Source: Trichoplax adhaerens (lineage: Eukaryota > Animalia > Placozoa). Taken from it: 64,000 bases of DNA. Location of the stretch: assembly GCF_000150275.1 (NCBI RefSeq), contig NW_002060953.1, forward strand, positions 604,978-668,977, given 5' to 3'. Under the pieces are notes generated by a model that saw only the letters and a list, made by a program, of their open reading frames with translations, did no database searches and was not told where the DNA came from. Position numbers and translations under genes: made by a program. Shown in pieces: positions 11,201 through 22,699 of the stretch (the stretch's first letter is position 1; the number at the start of each line of letters is the position of its first letter).

Positions 11201-14200
11201 TAGCCATTCGTTCTATCCAAGTGCTAGCCTTGCCATCCTTCATGGCTAGGTGAAAATAGCAAGCGACATTAAGGTTAGTCTAGATTCAATCGCTGTCGGC
11301 CATCCTAACTTGGGCTTAATTGGACGCTTAACATCACCTAATTGAATCACTGAAACAGCTCTTGAGCCATGGGTGATAGTCTTGCTGATATCCATGGCGT
11401 TTATGGTTCCTCTTTTACCCGTTGCATTAGGAGATGATGGACCTATTTGGCCATGGCTTTACTTGGCAGTTCTGCCATGGCCGTCATCGATTGCTGCTTT
11501 AAGCTATGACAACTCAGAAGAATTGCAGCTTTCTTTTCAGCCATTGATTTTGAATGAGACAATCGTTCCAACTCTTGCTTATTGACAAATTTATGACTGT
11601 CCATTTTACTTTTAGATTGATTGATTTCTGTGATTGCCATTTCAACTATCTGGATTCTTTCTATCTGAGTTTTATCTCCATCTGCAAATCGCTATTTTTA
11701 TTCTATCGTTGACTGAATACCATTCTTTCTAAACATGATCACGATATTACCGTCTCCATTAAACTGCTGATGGTCATTTATCTTGAACCTATCTTCATTT
11801 CTAGAGCCGTTACTTCCATTCTAACCTTCACTGATTTTACCTCTTTCCGATCATTCTACCAATATCGCTAGATTAAACTGTAAATAACTTTGTCTTGACT
11901 CTATCTTGGTTTCAACAACAGTTATTTGTGTTTTATCCTTGACCGATCTTTCTTCTTTCTAAACATTATCATCAAGGCTCTTTCCGATCAGCAATTTTAT
12001 TAAACGATCAATTAGTCTACTTTGTGTTGAATTTATCTTAACCCATCTTGATCTCCCAAGCGTTCAGAATTGCTCAATTTATTTTAATTATTATCATTCT
12101 ATCATGGACTGATCAAGGCTCTTTCCGATCAGCTTTTTTATTAGACTACTTTCTCTGGAATCTATCTTAACCCCATCTTGATCTCCCAAGCGTTCAGAAT
12201 TGCTCAATTTATTTTAATTATTATCATTCTATCATGGACTGATCAAGGCTCTTTCCGATCAGCTTTTTTATTAGACTACTTTCTCTGGAATCTATCTTAA
12301 CCCCATCTTGATCTCCCAAGCGTTCAGAATTGCTCAATTTATTTTAATTATTATCATTCTATCATGGACTGATCAAGGCTCTTTCCGATCAGCTTTTTTA
12401 TTAGACTATTTTCTCTGGAATCTATCTTAACCCCATCTTGATCTACCAGCCGATTCAGAATCGCTCAATTTGTTTTCATTATGTATCATTTTTCTCATCA
12501 TCATTCTACAATTTTCCGATATGGCAGACTAATTGAAACTATCCATGATTGTTTTTCTCCACTTGCAAATTGCAAATCATTCTATTCTCCCTCCAGCGAT
12601 TTATTTCCTATTAGCTTGAGCTATTCTTATGCCCTACGGCCAAATCATTGGAGTTTGCCTTACAGGCTGTTTATTTTATGCTGGCTTCTATCATGGCCGA
12701 TTTGGGTCAACGATAGAAGTTTTTCCTCTTGCCTGCCGATCTTATCCAATCCGATCCATTCGTTTACTGTCGTTCCATCTTGACCAACTTGTAGATTGTT
12801 GGTTTTAACCGACATAAATGAATTCATTAGCCAACGCTACAAATCAACGATCATCGTTGTTTGCCATAACTAGGCTGTTCAACACTTTTCTATTGACAAG
12901 ATGTTTATTTTAGCCTGCTGGAGTTGCATGTTCATTTAGTTGTCACTTGATTCTTTTTTTATTTCCACGATATTGTATACGGATAGCATTAAACTCTGTT
13001 GTCATCCATGTTGTGGGACCTAGATCGCCTTGTACATCCTTTACCCTAGCCAGGTGAATTGATTTCAATTCATTCTCCTTGTAGTAATCGATTGGCAAAT
13101 TGATTTTCATTTTTGGGTCGTATCGACATGATTTTGCCTTTCCATATTCCCCTAGCATGGGCCGTTGTAGTTTATCATTGAACAGCATGAAAATGCCCTT
13201 CATAACCACAAGACATGGAAAGCAAGGATCGAGAATGGAGTCCGATCCATCCATCCATTTATAACATTCATAACCGCAAGACATGCAAAGTAAGCCTTTC
13301 CATGTTCTCCTAGCATGGCCGTTGTAGTTTATTATTGAACAGCTTGAAAATGCCCTTCATAACCACAAGACATGGAAAGCAAGGATCGAAAATAGAGTCT
13401 GATCCATGCATCCTTTTACCCCCTTGAGCTCCATTCTTTTTAGTTCTCTATTCCTGTCGACCATGTTTGTACTCAGCACAATTGAAAAGGATGTTTGTTG
13501 TCCATTGCCTATCGTCAAGTTGGAAGATGGATAGTTCTTTCTTTTATTCTACAATTAGCATGGATAAACTAATCTATTATTCATTTCATGTCCATTGCTT
13601 AGGAGTGATCCTCCTATCATCCATAGTCAATCAATAGCCAACAGCAATGATGACATAATATCTCTTCTTTCTTTTATTCACCAATAGTACATGTCCGGTT
13701 CTGAAACGGCTAGCCTCCATAGTTTAAGGTAAGTTCAGACTTGAAGCAGTTTCTCTCTTTCTTTCTTTCTCTAGCGGGGGGTAAAATGGATACGATCAAG
13801 ATGTTCATGTATAGATCTGATTGCATGTCAACATGGCAATAACAGCAACAAGAAGTACTTTTATCTACTTTTACTACTTATCTCGTGATCAAAACTAGTG
13901 TCATAAAACATTAACCGAGATGATATAAAGCTTGGTTTTTCTCTTAGGATAGTTGAACAGTTAATATTACCGCCATTGCCTTCCTATCTCGTGATCAAAA
14001 CTAGTGTCGTAAAACATTAACCGAGATGATAAATAAATATAGTATAAAATATAGTATAAGTATATATAGTATAAATGGAAGATCACATAGGCAATATGCA
14101 GCTTGGTTTTTCTTTTCCAGTAGTTGAATACTACTGTTATCGTCTTCTTATATAGTGATCAAAGCTGATGTAGTAAAAGATGAAAAGAGTTAGTTGAGAA

Positions 14201-17200
14201 TTAACATAGCATGGCTATAGTATCACCGAGAAAGAGCAGTGAATCATAGGAAAGCGCAAATATTGCCTACGATGATTAAAGCAAAAATTGACCGTAATCA
14301 TTCTAGTTCTAGTTTAAATGAAATCATACTATCATGATGGAATAGTTGCCACATAAATAGCGCTCCGTAATGCCAGCGTAAATTGCTTGTTATAATTGCT
14401 ATGATTGAAATATCCATCTCTCATCATTTGCATTAAGTAATTCTAATGTTATCGTATTTGGATCATGCAGTAGTTCAGAAGATTTATGGCTTAGGCAGCC
14501 ATCCAATGCCAATATTGAAAACGAAGATTTTAGCGATTCCAATTCCAATGTTATTATTGAATCATGCTTGTAAGTGGAATAAACTAATTTCAACATGGAT
14601 TGCCGTTAATTCTGTAAATATAAGAGACGAGTAGGCTAGCTTTACGATCATTAATATCAGAATCGCATTTGAACATGATAGTATCCGATAGTAATCAATT
14701 TCCCAAGACCACACAGTGATTTAAGTTTAATCCATGAGTAGCCTATCCTTTTTCAATCCAGTATCCCAGTCAGTTCAATAATTTATCATAAACGGCCAAT
14801 TAGAGTCGTAGTCAACGTAGATCATTTAGATCAATTCTAGGCGATAGTTTTAGCTATCTACGTTGGATTCGTGGAATATATCGTATAATTACAATTCTCA
14901 ATCGATGCTAAAAAGATTGCAAATAGCACTTTCGCGTCATTATCCTAAGACACGATAGTTACAAGTCGTAAATCAATCGGCGTAGTTTGCTATAATTAAT
15001 GATGAAGATTCTTGGTCTACAAAGTTGCAATATGTTTATCCAAAAGTATAAAAAGGCTTAATTTCTTTTCTCTAAATGTTATAGGAGAACACTTGAAGAG
15101 AAAGGCGTTGTTAACGAGTAAGTTGTCCTATCATCACATTTAGCTTACTATCAACATGTCGACATGATCAAATGCTAAAAATGAAATACCTCAAGTGTGC
15201 TTACAGCAAGAAATTATAATTCAGCCATATTCAGAATTGAATAGTTTACCATATTGTAATCTTTTTTCACTTCTTAGCGTAAAATAGTTATTTTACTTAT
15301 TCTCGTGCAATAAAGTGATGAGTTTTAATAACTTGTATACTTATTCATATTCTTCTGATATTTACCTTGACTACTACATTAAAATTAAGTTATGAGCATC
15401 TGTTATCATAGCATAGTCGTTAGTATTCGATTCTTAGCCACCCAATTTAATTTTCCTTTAGTAAGAAAATCAAAAGACAAAATTAAAATACCGCTAACTC
15501 AAAAGTGTTTCGTGCACATCATTCAACCTAATTTATTGGACTACTTTTAAGGAGAGCTAATTTACAATAATTATTTATAAACTCATTTTTTCAATATTTT
15601 ACTTAATCTAGCGAGGGTTCCACGCCAAATCCTAACATTTATGCAAGTTTACCTAGTAGAAATAAACTTAACAATACTATCAAAAAGAATAAGTATGATA
15701 ACGATGAACATGAAAGTGGATGGAATTTCGACATTATGACAGCACCATCTAGCGGTAAATAATGATACATGATGGTAAAGTATTGCAAGAATAAAATTCA
15801 TTTCTTGACAGGAGATTCAATTTACTTTATCTAGCAATAAAATTAGTCTACACGCATATTCATTATTGAAGTTGACTTATGTATGATGAAAATAATCAAC
15901 TATCCTATCGTTTTTGCCTCGTTGTAGATATGAAAGGAGAAATAAATGATCGAAAATTATCCAATGGAATCGATCATTATGATAAAATTGCATCTAGTCA
16001 ATTATCCATGGAGCGATCACTCATTCGATCTTCCTATACATCTTTACCAAGATCTGGAATTAATTTAATCATACCTGAAGGAGAAAATAGTAAACGCCAG
16101 CCATCTTCTAGTCGTGATACAATTCCAACATTGACATCTCCTCGAAAGCAGAAACTATCACTCACTGAAGGCTATTCTACGTTAGAACGACAACGCCAAG
16201 CTGCATCCAATTATGATTCCTCATCTGTCGATTATGAATCCTATCCTTCTCGTCGTTATTATCACAAGCAACAATCACAGCCACATCTACAACAACAACA
16301 ACATGATTTTCATGAGAATGCAAACAATTCAACCAGCCCACAAGATATTCCATTACAATCGCCATCTTATGAACCTTCTGCAATATCAGATCGATACATC
16401 ACTTATAAATCCGATGGATTATTACCCGTTCAACGTAGCAATAGCACTTATAGCAATGAAACAGAAGAAAATTTACCTAGTGGACCACCTAGTATCAAGC
16501 AAATGTCTCGATTAAATAGTGAACGATCCAGTAGCGAATATCAACGAATTAGTAATTTTGCTTATGATTCGACATCAATTTCGTCGCGTGGCCAAAGTAA
16601 ATATGCAAGAGGTGGCCGCTCTAAACGTTCAGCCAGTCAAGATGGATATGGTGAAGGAATACCTGATTATCATACCATGCCATGGACAGCATCTCGCGAT
16701 AGCCGTAATTTCATGTATGATGTTAATCGTCGTCAATCAGATCAATATACTGATCATGAACAACTTTCTATAGAGAGTCAAGGCCATATTATTTTAGTTT
16801 CTGATCGTAGTGCAAGTGGTAGGCGAAAAAATAGTACACGAAGTGGTGATGGTGGTATTGGTAGCCATCCTACAGGAACCTATGGAAGAGAAGATAACTA
16901 CTATGCTGCCACTATGCCTAATCGAGATCAACGTGGTAATAGACCACGAATACGTGGTGATGATCTATTCGACAGTAGTGGATATATTTCTGTTGCTCAG
17001 AGACCATCAAGGCAGCAATCGGTTAATGGCCGTATCTCCAGTGCAACGTCGAGTGTTCGATCGGTGGGTAGCTCACAAAAATATTCATTAACCATCGAAG
17101 ATGCAGTCAATATGCTCAAGAGTGATAATTCAATCCATTCCATTAATGCTGCTGTTCATTTACAACATGCATGCTTTAATAATGATGGAGTGAAAGCAAC

Positions 17201-19329
17201 AATTAAGCGATTAGGTGGTATTCTTCATTTAGTTCGTATGGTGGATAGCAAGAATGAAGAAATCCAATTAAGTGCCATTGCAACCTTGCGTAATTTAGCT
17301 TATGGTAAAGCCAATGATGAAAGCAAAGGTGCTATCCTTCGCCATAAAGGTATACCAGTTCTTGCTAATGTCTTGCGGCGAACCGGTTCACCCCATGTTC
17401 GTGAAGAAATTGTACGTCTATTGTGGAATCTATCAACATTAGAAGCTGCTAAAGAACAATTGTTAAATTTAACCTTGGATGTATTAGCTAAATTAATCGA
17501 AGATCATTCAATATCAGCTGGTGAAGGCAGTTTATCCGATACTCAATGGCCAACCATTTATGCCAATGCTACTGGTACATTACGCAATTTATCATCCAGT
17601 ACCAATCTATCATCTCGACAGATGATGAGAAAATTAGATCATTTAATTAATGCTCTCATCACAGTCACTCATTTATCGGTACAACGTAAAGATTTCGATG
17701 GTAAATGTGTCGAAAATTCGGTCTGTATATTACGCAATTTGTCGTATAATTTAGAAGAAGAAGTTGATCATGGTCTTGATATCGCTGAAGGTTATAAAAA
17801 AATTAAGCTCAAAAAGAGATCGGTACTTGGTAAGATATTCAATGATCGTAAGACCAATTTAGAAGCTAAAAGTGTCATCTTACCAGAAAATAATCGTAAT
17901 ATTAAAGGCATTGCTATTTTATGGCAAACAAGTACTATTGAAGATTATCTAGCTATATTACAGGAAGGTAGAAATACCGATACAATAGAAGCAGTTGTGG
18001 GTGCCATTCATAATTTAACCGCTTGCAATTGGAGATTTTCTGGTCATATTCGTTATGTTGTTCGTCGTGAGAAAGGAATTTCAATTTTAAGGGATTTAAT
18101 GCAATTTGAAGATGAAAAAGTATTTACAGCTGTAGTAACAGCATTGAATAACTTGGCTTTAGATGAGTTTAATAAAGATCTCATTGGCGATATTGCATTA
18201 AGCAAATTAATCGATAGAATTCTTGGCCGTAATAATCAATTCACTTTAACGGATATCTCTTTATGTAGTCTTATCAAAGCATTATGCGTCTTAATGTATA
18301 AAAATAGCAAAAATGCCAATCGTTTAGTTGATAGTGGTATCTTGCCTCATTTAACAGTTTTATCTAGGAAGAATTCAGGGCGTGGTAGAGATGTGATTAA
18401 AGCTTCAAATAGTCTATTATTTACGTTATGGCAATATAAGCATATTCGTTCATCGATTAAGAAAGCTAAATGGGATTTAAAAATAATGAAAACATCATTA
18501 AAAGAAGCTGCTGAAGTACCTGATGCAATTTATATTCGTGCTGCGGATATTCCTGATGCAGAATCAGAAGAAGAAGTAAAAAATGGTGATGATCATACCA
18601 TGACAAGATCAGGCAATGCTAATGTTGCCAATTATGCTACTGCAACATTAACTAAAAGATCAAAATTGCGTTCTGATGAATATCCCCACGAATCGATACC
18701 AGAAGATGAACGTAAGTCAATTCAAATTTGTTTATGATTGTTGTTGCCATCTGTCAATCGAACTATTATGCTCATCTCCATATTCAATTAGTTATACCTA
18801 TCTATTTCTATGCCTCTTATCGCTAAATTAGAACACAGTCTTGGTAGGATTACTATAAAATCATGATATATTCGACATAAATGTAATAAATTTTAATGTG
18901 ATATTATATCCTGTAGTTACATTGCAAAGAATACCATCAACCCAGGAAGAAATAGAAGGATCTGTTTTCTCCGGTAGAAAGAGAGCATCCAAATCCAGCG
19001 TATTAACCGATCCAAGTCAACAAGGCGTTGATCGCTTAGTGAGTGTTGGCTCTCATGAACGTAATAGTCTCGGTGACAAAAAAAGTACTCATAGTTCTGA
19101 TGGTGGAAAATCTCGCCATGCTAGTCGAGACTTTTCACAACATAGTGGTGTGAGAACATCACGTAAAAGTTCCTCTAATAGCCAAAATGAAAATGTTATT
19201 TATCAACACAATGGTAGTACAACTTCAAGACAAAATAGTGATCAAGCTAAATCTACACCAAGGCATTCATTAAATTCCAAATCGAAAGTTTTAACCGACT
19301 ATAATGATAACTATAATATGGATGAGTAA
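8289..19329 (+). CDS. CTNND2: p120/delta-catenin (CTNND1/CTNND2/ARVCF/PKP4) family armadillo-repeat protein, 7 coding exons, ~1175 aa
   Basis: Manually spliced, phase-consistent GT-AG exons: 8289-8330 (MDTSDDLMMAIQQD), 8709-8780 (EAQFEQLKRKLESDRKDVADQLEK), 13688-13728 (YMSGSETASLHSL), 15085-15117, 15612-15754, 15928-18711, 18917-19329. The ARM region has p120-family motifs AAVHLQHACF, ATLRNLAYG, LLWNLST, ATGTLRNLSS, KCVENSVCILRNLSY, LWQ, VGAIHNLTACNW. The N-terminus resembles the p120 coiled coil (EQEAQFEKLTRALE..V..QLE) and delta-catenin GSETGS. The symbol denotes family membership, not strict orthology. Confidence 0.9.
8709..8780 (+). CDS. p120-family N-terminal coiled-coil exon
   Basis: tcttgcag|GAAGCC...GAAAAG|gtaaga, 72 nt, phase 0-0. 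Encodes EAQFEQLKRKLESDRKDVADQLEK, which resembles the conserved p120/delta-catenin N-terminal coiled coil. Confidence 0.88.
10888..11220. repeat. 87-bp tandem repeat, 4 copies (first 72 bp), in p120 intron
   Basis: GTTTGAATTTTCTGATTGCCGTCGAT starts at 10888, 10960, 11047 and 11134. Confidence 0.92.
11971..12480. repeat. 130-bp tandem repeat, ~4 copies, in p120 intron
   Basis: (G)ATCAAGGCTCTTTCCGATCAGC at 11971, 12111, 12241 and 12371. Confidence 0.93.
13138..13412. repeat. ~158-bp period direct duplication in p120 intron
   Basis: CTAGCATGG(G)CCGTTGTAGTTTAT...CATAACCACAAGACATGGAAAGCAAGGATCGA occurs twice. Confidence 0.8.
13878..14170. repeat. Short diverged direct repeats (~107-bp period) in p120 intron
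   Basis: TATCTCGTGATCAAAACTAGTGTC.TAAAACATTAACCGAGATGATA occurs at ~13879 and ~13985. GCTTGGTTTTTCT occurs twice. Confidence 0.7.
15928..18711 (+). CDS. Large exon of the p120/delta-catenin gene: S/R/Y-rich region plus the complete ARM repeat domain
   Basis: Lies within ORF 15879-18737. Acceptor gttgtag| at 15927 and donor |gtaagt at 18712. Includes the basic ARM insert YKKIKLKKRSVLGK. Confidence 0.93.
18917..19329 (+). CDS. Terminal coding exon of the p120/delta-catenin gene (Ser/Arg-rich tail)
   Basis: The ctgtag| acceptor is phase-compatible with the upstream phase-1 donor (C+TT=Leu). Lies within ORF 18898-19329, with AATAAA at 19696. Confidence 0.82.
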
Positions 19330-22300
19330 TTATAAGGGACTATTCCAATTTTAATTTATAAAAAAAAATTCCCATCAGCAATGGTGCTTACCATAATCCA
19401 TTGGCAGTGAATCATTGGTAGAGCCGTTCCTTTCTAGTAGGTTGGCTACTTATATTGTATTGACATGCTACCATAACTATTTAGTCAGGATTGCTCAATA
19501 TAGCACAGTAATTATGATCAATAGCAATAGTTAAATGATAGTTATAGTATAAAGTGAACAAGTGATTGCGATAGATTTCACAACAATGCATTGACTGCAA
19601 AGCTGCAAGCAATTATATTCAACCTAATAACATATACATTCGCTATATATAGTATATGTAAATCCATCATCATTCTACGTTTTACCATTATTTATAATAA
19701 ATTTAAAAATGGAATTGTCATCTAAAATATATACATTTAGATAGAAAGCAAGTAATCAAATCTATCTCTATTATCATGGATTTGGAATGATTTTTATTAT
19801 GGTGATGTTCATCGGTGAAGTGGGACAAATATTTTAAATCAATCTGCCGATGGGATACTTTTGTGTAACTACTCTAAGCTCTGCAAAGCCGTCTCAACTC
19901 CAGTAATCCTTCATCTACCATAGTAAAATTAAAATTTTATATGAATGGTTGTACTCCAAGATTGCCAAGACTGCTGTTAGTGTTCAACGACTTGAATACA
20001 CTAAGTTGCAAATAAAAAAATGGAATGTATGGCCTAGTGAAATGATTCCCAATATTGAGGGAATTTTCATCCATATAGTTGCCAATTTATTTTTTTTTGT
20101 ATCATCCGCTACAGGCATAGATTGGATCGATATTCTCTAATTTGTAAAATCTTTTTCATCAATTTATTTTATCATCTTCAATACCTACTTAATCTTTAAT
20201 TTTGAATATCACCTCAATTAAATTGTATAGTTATCTATAATCACTATCCATCTATCGCTATAAGCCCATTTTTTTTTTGTTGTTGTTCATATACTGAGAT
20301 TATAGATCATTTTATTTCAAAATGAATCATGATATAATTATTAATCATGGTGTAGCTAATAATAAAATGTCAGAGCCAACATTTTTGTGTCATCATTACT
20401 CATCAATGTGATAGATAATCTTTCAGGGGTAATTTGAAAAAATTTCTGAATGTTATGATTGATTCATATTAACTCATAAAATGAATGCGATGTAATTTCC
20501 TGGGTTTGTTAAACTCTTTTGTCATTTACATACTTGTATTCATAATTACTTACAATAAGCTGCAAGAACGTTTAAATTGCCCATTACTATTACATGATTC
20601 TGTTTAAGGTTTTGACTGAGTGATATTTTACAGCATTATCCGATCTATAAGATCCATTTCTAGCTGATGGCTGCTACAAATATGCATAGTGTCTAAAAGT
20701 ATCAAACTATCAATTGATGCTTTATCAACTTTTGTTTTTTGCCAGATGTTAAGTCATACGATTTCTGTTCGCTCCTTTTTTCGATACAATAATGCGCATT
20801 TTAAATTATTGCTTTTAACTTGCTAGTAATGCTAATTTTTATATCCTAATTGGATATAGATTTTATTTATATATCTATACAATGTAGATACAAATTGTAT
20901 TTATAGAGTTTTCTATTTGGCCAATCCATGCGAAGATAACATTTAAAAACTATTTGGCGCTTTTGGTTGTTACCTTTAATCAATTTCCGTTCTGAATGCT
21001 CATTAACTGGTACTTAATAAGATTTTGCTGTTTTATGGTTGATTCCTTCTATTACTCTTCTATTATCTAAGAGAAATATACAATCTATAAACTATTATAC
21101 AATAATTTCAATCATTCACTATCATATAATCGTGTCGGTTGTCAGATAGAGTCGTAACTGCACTATGAATTGGCCTTTAATCCAAACGATATTTATCATA
21201 AGATCCATTTTTTTTGGTTCGAATTGAATGTTCATCACTGTAATGGTTAATAATTAAATCGCTAATTGCAAGAGGGAGAATAAAACTTTTAACTACTTGC
21301 TATAATAATTTTATAATCTTGTAATCTATGCGTGATATTTTAACTAGATAGCAAAATATTGCCTTAATATGCCTTCAAATGGTTTGTACAGTTGTATGAT
21401 TTACGGAACAGTTAGAGGTGAGATCAACGTAAAAAAGAGCTCCATTCTTTCTATTTACTAACTCTACAAGGTGATGCTAATTTATAGTATATATTAAGTT
21501 ACCGAACTAGATTGGCCGCAAAAGTGAGAAAAATTAATTGTTCTTTAGCGTTAAATATGTGAAACAAGATTAAATCTGAAATTTGATACATAGAGTAACT
21601 TCCAATGTTCTCAGAAAACTTTAAAGCCTTGAAAATGCGTGTAATAGAGTTTAAGCTTGCATATAATAGTTACTATTTAGGATACTGAGATGAGATCTTT
21701 GTTATATCTCAGAACAGTTGTTTATATTAAGCAGTTAAGTTAATATTATGCTATCAATGGAATGGTCGTATTAACTACTAATAATTCATTTAGAAGTTTA
21801 TTGGTCGATTTAAAATATGAAGATGATGAAAATCTGTACTTCACGTTCAGAAACTAGATAAAAGATTAAAATAGCTGTGGTATACACGTACAATAAGTAT
21901 AAAAACTCAAAAATGAGAATATATATTAATTACGGTTATACAGATAATATTTTAAATTTAATACATAAATATCGATATAAAAGCTGTTACAACACTTTTA
22001 AGTATTGTAGTAGCTTAAATGCGACCTAAATTTTGTAGAAACTAGTACTGATGATAAACATTATTCGAAATATTGAAATAAATTCTATAACTTTCACTTA
22101 CATTACCGTACCTCTGCAGCTGCTGAATTCTATAAAATTATTTTATCTATCGCTTAATGAAGAATTTCATTATTTTTCGATTTACTTGTCCATTCAGCTC
22201 GATACACGTATATTACTTCGTTCATTTTCACTAACTATTTATTTGAGTAAGAAAATGAATAATTTGCTATAATAAGGGTTAAAAATTGAAAATGGCTGGA

Positions 22301-22699
22301 CAGATTACAACCTGTGTAGAATGTGAAAATTACTGTACCCATACAAATAAAATGTTACTGTAAGTTTTGCACAAAATGGTGCAATACTATCATATTTTAC
22401 AGGATATAGATATATACACACTCGAGATATTTATAGCTACTTTTAGCTAATTTTACAAGAATTATTATTAAAGGTAAATCATAATCACCTACATTTCTAG
22501 CTATAATTATTGCTATAAGTATATATTACTAATCGTTTCTAATATCGATAGTAACATTACTATTGCAGTTTAATAGCAGACAATCCTATAGATGGTGGAC
22601 TAGGTATTCGTAATTTGTTGATCCTTTCTACAACGATGGAATTAGATCTTTCCGAATGGTTATTGGATTTCATTTTGTATTACTTTCCTTACTGACTAG

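Noticed and set aside
6491-12480. Tandem arrays as CRISPR-like loci
   Set aside because: The units repeat in full with no unique spacers, the context is eukaryotic, and no cas genes are present.
11373-13284. ORFs 11373-11585, 12481-12783, 12943-13284 and their copies near 62-64 kb as genes or transposase fragments
   Set aside because: No recognisable domain. The two copies differ by a premature stop and frameshifts, and they lie in a p120 intron.
15879-15927. ORF start MYDENNQLSYRFCLVV and read-through end RKSIQICL* (18712-18737)
   Set aside because: Both are intronic: a polypyrimidine/AG acceptor lies at 15927 and a GTAAGT donor at 18712, with phase-compatible neighbouring exons.
20973-21066. 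Minus-strand exon-like segment that could be an alternative last kinesin exon (DNRRVIEGINHKTAKSY*)
   Set aside because: Phase compatibility can arise by chance, there is no homology support, and a convincing terminal exon already exists at 22700-22737.
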